A stretch of DNA of 64,000 bases from Octopus sinensis (GCF_006345805.1 NC_043006.1:81902001-81966000), one strand, 5' to 3'. Shown: positions 25,866 through 37,859, numbered from the stretch's first letter. Notes: generated from the sequence alone by a model not told the origin. Program-made: numbers and translations.

Positions 25866-25950
25866 GTTGTTTAGCTTAATGGTAGAGCACTCAGTCAGTA
25901 TCTAAGAAGTATAGGTTCAACTCCAGTAGCTGCCTGTTGGCAACTTTTTT
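25866..25950 (+). pseudogene. tRNA-Thr(AGT)-like head of a SINE-like element, copy 1 (element continues to 29158, interrupted by the hammerhead array)
   Basis: A box TAGCTTAATGG, B box GGTTCAACTCC, anticodon loop around AGT, T6 tract at 25945-25950; body shared with copy 2 at 29885. Confidence 0.6.
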
Positions 25951-26206
25951 CCATTTCATAAGGGTAAATACCAAATCTGTCTTTGCTGTTCTTACAGCTT
26001 TACTTTGAAATTTACTTTCTGTAAAATACCAAACATATTCAACACTTACAAAATTTGTTTATAATATATATATATATGTATATCACAATCAAGGAACGGC
26101 CATAATAGGCCATTCACCCACTAGAAATAACAGCCAAAAAGCTTCAACCGCAAAATAACATTAATTCCGTAAACCAGGAGAAAATTAAAAAAACATTTAC
26201 CCTGAA

Positions 26207-26313
26207 ATTCCTTATACGATGCACCGTTTCGTCTACTGTTTAATGGTAAACTAACCTGATTAAATTAAATCAAGCCAATCTACCATAGGCCCTTAGATTC
26301 ATCAGTAAGGAAT
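26207..26313 (-). ncRNA. Type I hammerhead ribozyme (inverted monomer 1)
   Basis: Reverse complement of the motif at 27309-27415. Confidence 0.85.
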
Positions 26314-26697
26314 AGCCAAATCGGAACAGATATTTTTCACGAGGCATTCTCGTCCATGCCTCGCCAATATCTGACCTAAAATTTTCAAATCGTCGCACTC
26401 GCGCCAAATTATCGGCAGCAAATAAATATAAGCCGCCGATTCCATTACGGAACCAACCAGAAAATTCATAATTAATCAATATAGGGAGGCAAAAAAATTT
26501 TGTAGAATTCTTTTGCCCCCAGCGGCCTAGTGGGAAAAAATTAAATAGTCATAAACCATTTTTAAGTTCAATATCACAATCAAGTAACGGCCATAATAGG
26601 CCATTCACCCACTAGAAATAACAGCCAAAAAGCTTCAACCGCAAAATAACATTAATTCCGTAAACCAGGAGAAAATTAAAAAAACATTTACCCTGAA

Positions 26698-26804
26698 ATT
26701 CCTTATACGATGCACCGTTTCGTCTACTGTTTAATGGTAAACTAACCTGATTAAATTAAATCAAGCCAATCTACCATAGGCCCTTAGATTCATCAGTAAG
26801 GAAT
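26698..26804 (-). ncRNA. Type I hammerhead ribozyme (inverted monomer 2)
   Basis: Reverse complement of the motif at 27309-27415. Confidence 0.85.
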
Positions 26805-27308
26805 AGCCAAATCGGAACAGATATTTTTCACGAGGCATTCTCGTCCATGCCTCGCCAATATCTGACCTAAAATTTTCAAATCGTCGCACTCGCGCCAAAT
26901 TTATCGGCAGCAAATAAATATAAGCCGCCGATTCCATTACGGAACCAACCAGAAAATTCATAATTAATCAATATAGGGAGGCAAAAAAATTTTGTAGAAT
27001 TCTTTTGCCCCCAGCGGCCTAGTGGGAAAAAATTAAATAGTCATAAACCATTTTTAAGTTCAATATCAAGGAACGGCCATAATAGGCCATTCACCCACTA
27101 GAAATAACAGCCAAAAGGCTCCCTATATTTTGCCTCCCTATATTGAATAATTATGAATTTTCTGGTTGGTTCCGTAATGGAATCGGCGGCTTATATTTAT
27201 TTGCTGCCGATAAATTGGCGCGAGTGCGACGATTTGAAAATTTTAGGTCAGATATTGGCGAGGCATGGACGAGAATGCCTCGTGAAAAATATCTGTTCCG
27301 ATTTGGCT

Positions 27309-27415
27309 ATTCCTTACTGATGAATCTAAGGGCCTATGGTAGATTGGCTTGATTTAATTTAATCAGGTTAGTTTACCATTAAACAGTAGACGAAACGGTG
27401 CATCGTATAAGGAAT
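27309..27415 (+). ncRNA. Type I hammerhead ribozyme (forward monomer 1); predicted cleavage after GUA at 27407
   Basis: Stem I ATTCCTTA/TAAGGAAT (8 bp), core CTGATGA, stem II (A)TCTA/TAGA(C) capped by a 19-bp hairpin, GAAA, self-complementary stem III ACGGTGCATCGT, A17. Confidence 0.88.
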
Positions 27416-27798
27416 TTCAGGGTAAATGTTTTTTTAATTTTCTCCTGGTTTACAGAATTAATGTTATTTTGCGGTTGAAGCTTTTTGGCTGTTATTTCTA
27501 GTGGGTGAATGGCCTATTATGGCCGTTCCTTGATTGTGATATTGAACTTAAAAATGGTTTATGACTATTTAATTTTTTCCCACTAGGCCGCTAGGAGCAA
27601 AAGAATTCTACAAAATTTTTTTGCCTCCTATATTGATTAATTATGAATTTTCTGGTTGGTTCCGTAATGGAATCGGCGGCTTATATTTATTGCTGCCGAT
27701 AAATTTGGCGCGAGTGCGACGATTTGAAAATTTTAGGTCAGATATTGGCGAGGCATGGACGAGAATGCCTCGTGAAAAATATCTGTTCCGATTTGGCT

Positions 27799-27905
27799 AT
27801 TCCTTACTGATGAATCTAAGGGCCTATGGTAGATTGGCTTGATTTAATTTAATCAGGTTAGTTTACCATTAAACAGTAGACGAAACGGTGCATCGTATAA
27901 GGAAT
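27799..27905 (+). ncRNA. Type I hammerhead ribozyme (forward monomer 2); predicted cleavage after 27897
   Basis: Identical motif to 27309-27415. Confidence 0.88.
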
Positions 27906-28287
27906 TTCAGGTTAAATGTTTTTTTATTTTCTCCTGGTTTACGGAATTAATGTATTTTGCGGTTGAAGCTTTTTGGCTGTTATTTCTAGTGGGTGAATGG
28001 CCTATTATGGCCGTTCCTTGATTGTGATATTGAACTTAAAAATGGTTTATGACTATTTAATTTTTTCCCACTAGGCCGCTGGGGGCAAAAGAATTCTACA
28101 AAATTTTTTTGCCTCCCTATATTGATTAATTATGAATTTTCTGGTTGGTTCCGTAATGGAATCGGCGGCTTATATTTATTTGCTGCCGATAAATTGGCGC
28201 GAGTGCGACGATTTGAAAATTTTAGGTCAGATATTGGCGAGGCATGGACGAGAATGCCTCGTGAAAAATATCTGTTCCGATTTGGCT

Positions 28288-28393
28288 ATTCCTTACTGAT
28301 GAATCTAAGGGCCTATGGTAGATTGGCTTGATTTATTTAATCAGGTTAGTTTACCATTAAACAGTAGACGAAACGGTGCATCGTATAAGGAAT
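28288..28393 (+). ncRNA. Type I hammerhead ribozyme (forward monomer 3); predicted cleavage after 28385
   Basis: Same motif with a 1-nt deletion in the stem II apical loop. Confidence 0.88.
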
Positions 28394-28776
28394 TTCAGGG
28401 TAAATGTTTTTTTAATTTTCTCCTGGTTTACGGAATTAATGTTATTTTGCGGTTGAAGCTTTTTGGCTGTTATTTCTAGTGGGTGAATGGCCTATTATGG
28501 CCGTTCCTTGATTGTGGTATTGAACTTAAAAATGGTTTATGACTATTTAATTTTTTCCCACTAGGCCGCTGGGGGCAAAAGAATTCTACAAAATTTTTTT
28601 GCCTCCCTATATTGATTAATTATGAATTTTCTGGTTGGTCCGTAATGGAATCGGCGGCTTATATTTATTTGCTGCCGATAAATTGGCGCGAGTGCGACGA
28701 TTTGAAAATTTTAGGTCAGATATTGGCGAGGCATGGACGAGAATGCCTCGTGAAAAATATCTGTTCCGATTTGGCT

Positions 28777-28883
28777 ATTCCTTACTGATGAATCTAAGGG
28801 CCTATGGTAGATTGGCTTGATTTAATTTAATCAGGTTAGTTTACCATTAAACAGTAGACGAAACGGTGCATCGTATAAGGAAT
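28777..28883 (+). ncRNA. Type I hammerhead ribozyme (forward monomer 4); predicted cleavage after 28875
   Basis: Identical motif to 27309-27415. Confidence 0.88.
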
Positions 28884-29167
28884 TTCAGGGTAAATGTTTT
28901 TTTAATTTTTTTAATTTTCTCCTGGTTTACGGAATTAATGTTATTTTGCGGTTGAAGCTTTTTGGCTGTTATTTCTAGTGGGTGAATGGCCTATTATGGC
29001 CGTTCCTTGATTGTGATATTGAACTTAAAAATGGTTTATGACTATTTAATTTTTTCCCACTAGGCCGCTGGGGGCAAAAGAATTCTACAAAATTTTTTTG
29101 CCTCCCTATATTGATTAATTATATATATGTATATATATATACACACACATACTTTACTGCCAAAGGT

Positions 29168-29432
29168 CAGTGGTTCTCAAATGGAGTCCACGGGACCTTA
29201 GGGAGTCCACTTGACCCTTGGGTGGGGTCTATATAAGATTCAGTTGTTAAAAATTATGTGCAATCAATTAGTTATACTTCTGTTATACACAAAATATTTT
29301 AACAATTATTTTATGCAATACCTGCTATTTAATTATCAAAATATAATGAGATTTTAAGGACTTCAATTGGCTATGGGGGTCCAGTATAGTAAAATATCAA
29401 ACAGAAAGCAAAAAAATTATTGAAAACCACTG
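29168..29432. mobile_element. hAT-like MITE
   Basis: TIRs CAGTGGTTCTCAA / TTGAAAACCACTG; no intact 8-bp TSD seen. Confidence 0.6.
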
Positions 29433-29884
29433 GTCTATACAAACAGTATTGTGTGAAAAATCTATAGATTTATCCTGCAGCCAATTTAGTCTCTTTCATC
29501 TTCCCTTGGTATTATATATATATTACTGAGGAATGACCTCAGTAAGCTGAACTTCTCGGGTCACATGACTAAAGACTGAGATACTTGGTGCCTGTCCATA
29601 CTCAAAAAGACCCATACACCACAGCAGAAGTGTTAAGACGGATCCTTCAGGTGGTGTAAAGCACTTGTGACAGTGTCATGTAAAAGCACCCAACACACTC
29701 TGTGAAGTGGTTGGCATCAGGAAAGGCATCCAGCCATAGAAACCATGTCAAATGAGACTAAAGTCTGGTGCAGCTCCCACCAGCTTGCAAGCTCTGGTCA
29801 CACCATCCAACCCATGCCAACATGGACAACATGCATTAAATGATCAGGAACATGATGATATATAACAAGAGAAATTTCTATCAA

Positions 29885-30507
<623 letters not shown>

Positions 30508-30876
30508 TATTAGCATGTGACTGCTGATTTGTCTTTTAGCAGCAAAATAAAAACATTGTTTTTAACACAGTAATGGTAAAAAAAAAACTTTGGCAAGTTC
30601 AATCAGTATATAAGAGACAACAAAAACACCAACTCGTTAACCAGGTGTTGTTCAATTCATTAACCAAGTGTTGTTCCAGTTGTGACCAACCTATTTTTTT
30701 ATCCTTCAAGATAACAGACTAGGGTGGCAGTGGATGATTTGGCTCTTATTTTAGTAGGTCAAGCCATTGCATAGAGGCTCCTTACTAATTTGCAAAGTGG
30801 TATTAAATCATATACAGGAGTGTGGATTTCTTCAACTAGACAGAGTGCTAGCCTATTACGGAGTATGCTTGTTTTG

Positions 30877-30929
30877 CATAGAAGCTGTTGAATACAGCAC
30901 TGGAAATTCATAGCATACTCGTCAATTAA
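30877..30929 (-). CDS. Candidate next alkaline-ceramidase exon (LIDEYAMNFQCCIQQLL); donor site not found
   Basis: Phase-0 acceptor CATTGCTTTGCAG; peptide aligns positionally with ACER3 LLDELPMIYSCCIFVY; no GT/GC at the expected 3' end, so the end coordinate is provisional. Confidence 0.4.
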
Positions 30930-31784
30930 CTGCAAAGCAATGTAATGCAATTTCTCATTTACCAACATTGCTGCATTTAGCAGATGACAGGTAAGTCAAC
31001 GCCAGGTTACACTCTTACATGATTGATGCGCGTGTGTGTGTGTGTGTGTGTGTGGACATGGCATAGGCATGGCTGTGTGAGTAGGAAGTTCATTTCCTAA
31101 CCACATGATTTCAGGTTCAGTCCCACTGCATGGTACCTAGAACAACTGTCTTCTATAATAGCCCCAAGTTGGCCAAAGATTTGTGCATGGGCTTGCGCAA
31201 TGAAAACTAATAAAGGCCCATCATATATGTATGTGTGTAAAAAACATCTCCTTGTCCTGACATAACACAATAGATATAGAAGCATGCAATTGTGTCACTG
31301 CTATACAAGTAGGGTCCTTTGTTTCCAGTCTTCTGCGAAAACGTATTTGGTTATGGGGAAATATCACCCAGCTTGGGAAAAAAGCTGGGGTTGGTGACAG
31401 CAAGAGCATCAGACTGTAGAAAACCTGCTTCAACAAATCCATTTAATACAGACAAGCATGGAAAAGTAAACATTAACATGATGATGGTGGTGGTGGTGGT
31501 AGTTGTGGTGGAGGTGGTGGCAGCAATGGCAAGGAAGAAGTAGAGGAGGATTAATTTGAACTATTAGTGTGGCCATTTATTTCAGTTGGAAAGTTGCATG
31601 AAACTGGACATTTGTACTGAGATGTTTGTACTGAACCATTCATATATACTAAAGATTTTTCAGAGAAGCTGAACAATTGCCTGAAATCAGTAAAAAATTA
31701 CATAAAATTATAATACTCTACTAAACCAGTAAAGAATTTTTTCATGACACTTTGTAGTGTGTATGTGTGTGTGTGTGTATATAT

Positions 31785-31865
<81 letters not shown>

Positions 31866-32132
31866 TGTATGTATGTATGCATGTACATACATACATACAT
31901 ATGTATAGGTGTATAGGCCTAGGTGTGGGATATAGGAGCAGGTGTGGTTGTGTGGTAAGAAGCTTGCTTCCCAACCACAAGATTTTTGGTTCAGTCCCAC
32001 TGTGTGGCACCTTGAGTAAGTGCCTTCGACTATAGCCTTGGGCCGATCATAGCCTTGTGAAAGGATTTGGTAGGTGGAAACAGAAAAAAACCTGTTTTAT
32101 ATATATATATATTTTGCCAGCTCACCACCTTA

Positions 32133-32188
<56 letters not shown>

Positions 32189-32554
32189 GGCTTAGGTATG
32201 GTGGTGTAGTTGAGAATATCACTTTGCAACCATATAATTTTAGTTTCAGTTCTGTTGTGTGACAGTATGGGTAGGTATTGGCAGTATTGGCTACTATCAC
32301 TGAAAGTAGCCAATGCCTTGTAAAAGAACACGGCACACCGAAACTGCAGGAAACTTTTTTTGCATGTGTGTGTGTGTGTGTGTAAACGGATGTATGATCA
32401 CCAATGTGTGCATGTGTGTGTGTGCGCGTGTGTACACAGATGTATGACTGCCAATGTGTGTGTGTGTGTCTTGATATTCCATGCTCGTTGCCACTTGAAT
32501 GATAAAGTTGACATTCCTTGTTGACATTATGACCAGCTGTTTTGCACGGCTGTA

Positions 32555-32790
32555 GTTTAATGGAATATAAAAAACAAAAAACCTTAATTGCAAAACAGGA
32601 AAAGCAACAGGAAAAGTATCCATCACAGAATCTTGCCAGATATATCTCTCTCATCAAACCCATACTACCATCAAAAAAACACATGCTAAAGAAATGGATA
32701 AGCAAAAATCCTCCACAAAATGGATACCCAACTTGATTGAAAGGGCTTCCAGAACAGAGAAACTTAATGAAGCTCAAAGATGGTTTTACA
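32555..32790 (+). pseudogene. Possible highly decayed mariner transposase fragment
   Basis: Frameshifted peptides ...KTLIAKQ...QNLAR / HTTIKKTHAKEMDKQKSSTKWIPNL resemble the mariner region ending in KWVPHEL; weak match. Confidence 0.3.
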
Positions 32791-33332
32791 ACTAATGAGT
32801 TTTTGCATTATCCAGATTATACTTGGGTTACAACCATAAGAAGGTTTCCAAGATATCCTAATTAATATTGAACACATGAAATTTCCTGAGAAAAATTAAT
32901 TAAGATTATGAATGCGAAAATATTAATAATGATGCTTCACAATCGAGATTAGGTTAATGATGATGGTACTGGTGATGGTAGCAGTAGTGGTGGTGATGAT
33001 GATGATGATGATAATGATGATGATGACGGAGCGGAGAAACTAATGTGATGTTTTTTAAAGAAAGGTAATCAAAAATGGAAATTTTGATTAAACAAATGAA
33101 TTACTTTTCCTGAAAATAAAACAGGAATAACACTCCCCACCCACAAAAAAAAACATTATGAAAACCAAAAATATAAAAGCAAAAATGAAAAAGAAACTGG
33201 CTGAGCTAAAATATTAGATTAATTAAATATTAATTTAATTGAAATACATTAGGAGGAAAAAGAAAGTTAAAATTTTTAAATGAAGAACAGAAAAAGAACA
33301 AGAAGTAGGAGAGAAAGAAAATTTTTCAGTAC

Positions 33333-33385
33333 CTGCATACTGTAGAGCAAGGTCATATGAAAGCACCAAGATCCTACACCAACCA
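33333..33385 (-). CDS. ACER3: Alkaline ceramidase (ACER3-like) internal coding exon, 53 bp
   Basis: Acceptor TTTTGTTTCTTTTCAG, donor GTACTG, phase 1 to 0; encodes (V)VGVGSWCFHMTLLYSMQ, matching the ACER3 motif VVGMGSWCFHMTLKYEMQ with the conserved Ser and Zn-binding His. Confidence 0.88.
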
Positions 33386-33466
33386 CTGAAAAGAAACAAA
33401 ATAAAGGAATCGTTTATTATTGTTAAGCAGTTAAAACAGGTGAGTGAGTGAAGGTAAAAGTGTTAG

Positions 33467-33735
33467 CCCTCTTGATACAAGAGCCTGAGACAAGAATGTG
33501 AAAGCATCTTCGATACGAAACCTGCTTCTTTTAAAATGCACTCATTAACATATTTCTAATAAAATACACGGTATTTGAATTAATTTTGAAGATAATCGTT
33601 GCAAGAAATTTTAGTGATTTAGTGAAATAAATAAATTGTTCTTATATAAAAATATAATTAGAAGTTTTAATTTAGAATCAGGAGAAGCGTATCACCAAAG
33701 CCAGAGGTGATCTCAGATGGCCTGGGATCAAAAAG
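33467..33735. mobile_element. Degenerate TTAA-type MITE
   Basis: TTAG|CCCTCTTGATAC ... GGATCAAAAAG|TTAA termini. Confidence 0.4.
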
Positions 33736-34029
33736 TTAATGTATTCATTCTCTAATTAAAATCTGTTATGATTTCCTGTTTGAACTTTTTTGTTCAATTA
33801 TGTTCCAAACACCAGCCTTGTGGTACTTCGTTCTGTCTGTTTACCTTCTAAGTTAAAATTTCACCGAGGTCATTTTTGCCAGTCGTCCTTCTGGGAAAGG
33901 GGATCAATGAAATAAAATACTTGTCAAGTACAAGGGACTGGGGTTGATATTATCATCTATTTTCCTCCCCACAAAATTACTGACCTTGTACCAAAATGAG
34001 AAATTATTATTATTGTTGTTGGATTTAAA

Positions 34030-34670
34030 GTGATGAGCTAGCAGAATCATTAGCAAGCCAGACAAAATGCTAAGCACTGTTTCATTCATTTTTACATTCT
34101 GAGTTCAAATCCTGCCAAAGTCAACTTTGCTTTTCATCCTTTCAGGACTGATAAAGTAAAGGAACAGTCAAACACTGGAATCAATCTAATAAATTAGCTC
34201 CCTCCCCAAAAATTTCAGGCCTTGTGCATATAGTACAAAAATTATTATTGGATTTGCAGCATTTCGCAAAATGTTTAGAGGTATTTCGTCGGTCTTTATG
34301 TTCTGAGTTCAAATTCTGCCGAGGTCAACTTTGCCTTTCATCCTTTCGGGGTCAATAAATTAAGTACCAGTTGCATACTGGGGTCGATCTAATCGACTGA
34401 CCCCCTCCTGCCAAATTGTGCCTATAGTAGAAAGGATTATTGGAATTGCAGAATCATTAAAGTATCAGACAAAACAGTTTGCAGTGTTTGTTCCAACTCT
34501 TTATCGTTTCGAGTTCAAATCCTGTTAAAGTTAATATAGCTTTTCACCATTCAAAGAGAGATAAAATGAACTACAAGTCAAATACTGGTATAGTTCCCTC
34601 AAAATTAAGAACATGTAATCAACACCCCACCTCAAAAACTCTGGCCCTGGAGCCTAAATCAGAAACAATT
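34030..34670 (+). mobile_element. Three tandem family B SINEs of increasing decay
   Basis: Three GAGTTCAAAT...CTTTTCA bodies at ~200-bp spacing. Confidence 0.7.
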
Positions 34671-35464
34671 ATTTAACAATGGCATCTTATGTGGCAACAC
34701 TTTGAGTGTCCATGACAACAGTATAGACAATAACAGCAAAACAGAATCTGTAGAAACAAGCGATGGTTTACATTGATATATAGTAAGTACAAAAACCTTC
34801 AGAAAGAGAAATATATCATAATGCCAGCAGAGAAGAGAGTGAAATCTTAGAATTTCAAGCAGAGCTCTTTATCATAGGAGAGAGAAAAATTAACTGCTGC
34901 TGTTGTTGTTGTTGTTGTTTAGCCTGCAGGTCAGTCAACCAAGATTGAACAGACCTAAGATCAAATGTATTGCAGTTATGAACATCTTGCATTTTATTCC
35001 AGACATTATATATCTAAGACTACAATATCTTACATACTCTTAAGGTGGTAAGCTGGCAGAATTGTTAGCATGCCAGGCAAAATGCTTAGTGGCATTTCAT
35101 TTGTCTTGACATTCTGAATTCAAATCACACTGAGGTCCACTTTGCCTTTCATCCTTTCGGGCTTGATAAAATAAGAACCAGCGGAACACTGAGGGTTGAT
35201 GTAATCAACTTACCCCCCAACCCCCATCAAAACCACTGGCCTTCTGCCAAAGGAAGGAAGGACTGCACCCACCATAGTGGAGATCTTGCCTCCAACTCCA
35301 ATGCTGGACTTGACTGGTACTTTGTCGATGATGAAAAGATGAAAGGCAAAGTGTTGGCTTCACCAGTATTTGAACTAAAAGAAGAAAGCTGAAAGAAATA
35401 ACACTAAGTATCCCAGGTTGTAATGACTCTGCCAGCTCACTGCCCCAATGTACATAATAAGTGA

Positions 35465-35650
35465 TGGTCTTACAGTTCTATATTTAAGAGATGAGGAATT
35501 ATGTACACTATTTACATTATTTACATTCGACGGATATTTGTCCTCATCTTGTTTGTTGTTAACACATTTCCACTGATATACCCTTCAGCCTTCTTCAGGT
35601 GTCTTGGGGAAATTTTGAACCTGGGTTCTCATTCCTAAGGTATTTTTTGA
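35465..35650 (-). mobile_element. Penelope-like terminal fragment with broken hammerhead core
   Basis: Minus strand GACAC CTGAAGA A GGCTG...CAGTG GAAA T GTGTT; related plus-strand relic at ~57606-57735. Confidence 0.45.
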
Positions 35651-35811
35651 TGTTATTATTATTATTATTATTGTTATTATTATTGTTGTTGTTCAGGTCT
35701 ATATTTAAGACATTAAGTGTTGGTTTTAATGTCTCCCTCAATACATGTACAGAACAAGATGCATCATACAACTCACCACCACATTAAATTTATAAGCTGA
35801 TGCATAGGGAC

Positions 35812-36149
35812 CAATAATTCTCAACTGGGATCCACATAAGTTTTTTTTTTGGGGGGGGGGGTCAGTGTAAACAAAATAGTAAATTGGGGACCCACAGTAA
35901 TTTAAAGGTCCACGAAAAAAAAGAAATTTTGCTTTAGGAGTATTTATTCACAGAAACAGCTAGGTTTCTTTTAAAAACACTTCACAAAGTTCAATCTACA
36001 CATGTTAATGTGTGAAAAACAAAATAGGAATTTTGAAAGAAAAATCTATAAAACTAGCTTTTAAACATGGAATCACTACAGGGGTGGGGTCCATCAGAAT
36101 GGAATAGTAATCAAAGGGGTCCATAAACAAAAATGGTTTATAACCACTG
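35812..36149. mobile_element. Degenerate hAT-like MITE
   Basis: CAATAATTCTCAAC ... GTTTATAACCACTG termini resembling those of 29168-29432; GGGGTCC subterminal motifs. Confidence 0.45.
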
Positions 36150-36692
36150 ATGTAGACACTGAGCTGTGATTATCATATTCAAGAGACAGCATATACCCTA
36201 CCTGACATTTGTTCTGTCAGCAATTGAGAAATAGCAACAGACAGCCATAAATCTTGATAACAAGCAACCCATGTATTATGTCCACTTTACCTGTATTATG
36301 TTCATTTAACCTATATTATGTCCATCTATACTCCTGTCATCAACTATGTATGTGGTTGTCATCAACAAACACTAAAGCCACTAGTAATATAAATACTCTC
36401 ACCTCTATCAACCACAGTCACTTAGGTGGCTACAACAATTTGTCAGCACTTCAGTTAATTGTCATACAAGGTAATTAATTTCACATGTAGCTATAAACAT
36501 TACAACCCACCATCTGGGCCAACCACCTTGTCTCCCCCCCCTCCTCCAGCCCAGTACATAGGAAAACTGGTTCAGAATTTGTTGTTTGTATAAGAAAATA
36601 TTTATGAGGGATGACATAAATCTCTAGAGAAAAAAAAATTCAAAAAAAAAAGGAAAAATTCTGCAAGAGTGATATTGAGAAAAGCACTATAC

Positions 36693-36892
36693 TCTTTTAC
36701 TTGTTTCAGTCATTTGACTGTGGCCATGCTGGAGCACCGCCTTTAGTTGAGCAAATTGACCCCAGGACTTATTCTTTTTAAGCCTAGTACTTATTCTATC
36801 GGTCTCTTTTGCCGAACCGCTAAGTTACGGGGATGTAAACACACCAGCATCGGTTGTCGAGCGATGTTGTGGGGACAAACACAGATACACAA

Positions 36893-36935
<43 letters not shown>

Positions 36936-37110
36936 CATATATACGATGGGCTTCTTTCAGTTTCCGTCTAAATCCACTCACTACCAAATCCACTCACAAG
37001 GCTTTGGTCAGCCCGAGGCTATAGTAGAAAACACTTGTCCAAGATGCCACGCAGTGGGACTGAACCCAGAACCATGTAGTTGGTAAGCAAGCTACTTACC
37101 ACACAGCCAC
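36693..37110 (-). mobile_element. SINE family A (full length)
   Basis: Reverse complement of 261-665. Confidence 0.85.
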
Positions 37111-37859
37111 TCCTATGCCTATATGGCAACAATCTCTACAGCCTTTAATTGATGTTGCAGTTGTTGTTATTGCTGTTGTGTGAGTTTCAGCAAACTAATA
37201 ATCAAGAAACATTCCAGGAGTAAGAGTTCCCTCACTTTTTTTAAAGGTTTTTTTTCCCCCTGCCCTACCACTGATACTGACTATCAAGAACCACATCGAC
37301 CAATGTGTCCTTTTTCTTAAGATGATAGTGTGTAATTTGAATGTAATTCGGTTGATATTTCTAACAAAATGAGTGACTGAGTGACCATGCCAGAGGCTTT
37401 CTCATAAGCAGAGAAGGCTGGTTGGTATACCAGCTTAAAATAAATACCTTGCCCACACCTGTATTTTGATACAGATCCTTTACATCCTTACTTTAATTAT
37501 TGAGTTGACAATGGCTTAGCATTTCAGGTTGTGGCGGGAGGTAGGGGAGTCAATAAAATGAAGTACCAGTCAAGTACAGGGGTCAGCAAAATATCCTGTT
37601 AGACAAATTTTTGTGCCTACAGAAGACGTTATTATTATTTCATCAGAATGAAGTGAAAGACAGAATTTGTAGTGTTTCACGAAATACTTGGTAGTTGCTC
37701 TTTTGTGACATTCCTACTCTGAGTTCAAAACCTGCTGGGGTTAACTTTACCATTTGTCTTCTAAGGTCACTAAAATCAAAGTAATTGGATCAACACAAGG
37801 AATATTATAATCCCAGCCACAGAATTTTAGGCCTTGTATAAAAATAAATAAATGCGCCC

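Larger units (their letters stand above)
26084..29120. mobile_element. Retrozyme-like insertion: ~490-bp hammerhead-bearing monomers, ~2.1 inverted plus ~4 forward copies
   Basis: Period 488-491 bp; orientation switch at ~27118-27130; flanked by an exact 14-bp direct repeat ATATATATGTATAT (26070-26083 and 29121-29134). Confidence 0.85.

Noticed and set aside
26270-28820. Repeated 61-73 aa ORF (INYEFSGWFRNG...) as a protein
   Set aside because: No recognisable domain, start and frame vary between monomers, and its 3' end overlaps the hammerhead; RNA structure explains the conservation better.
26084-29120. CRISPR array or rDNA-like repeat
   Set aside because: Units are near-identical over their full length with no unique spacers and no rRNA similarity; the context is eukaryotic.
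29526-29548. TTACTGAGG-AATGA-CCTCAGTAA hairpin containing CTGAGGA as a hammerhead
   Set aside because: No GAAA at the required position after a stem II; only a 9-bp hairpin.
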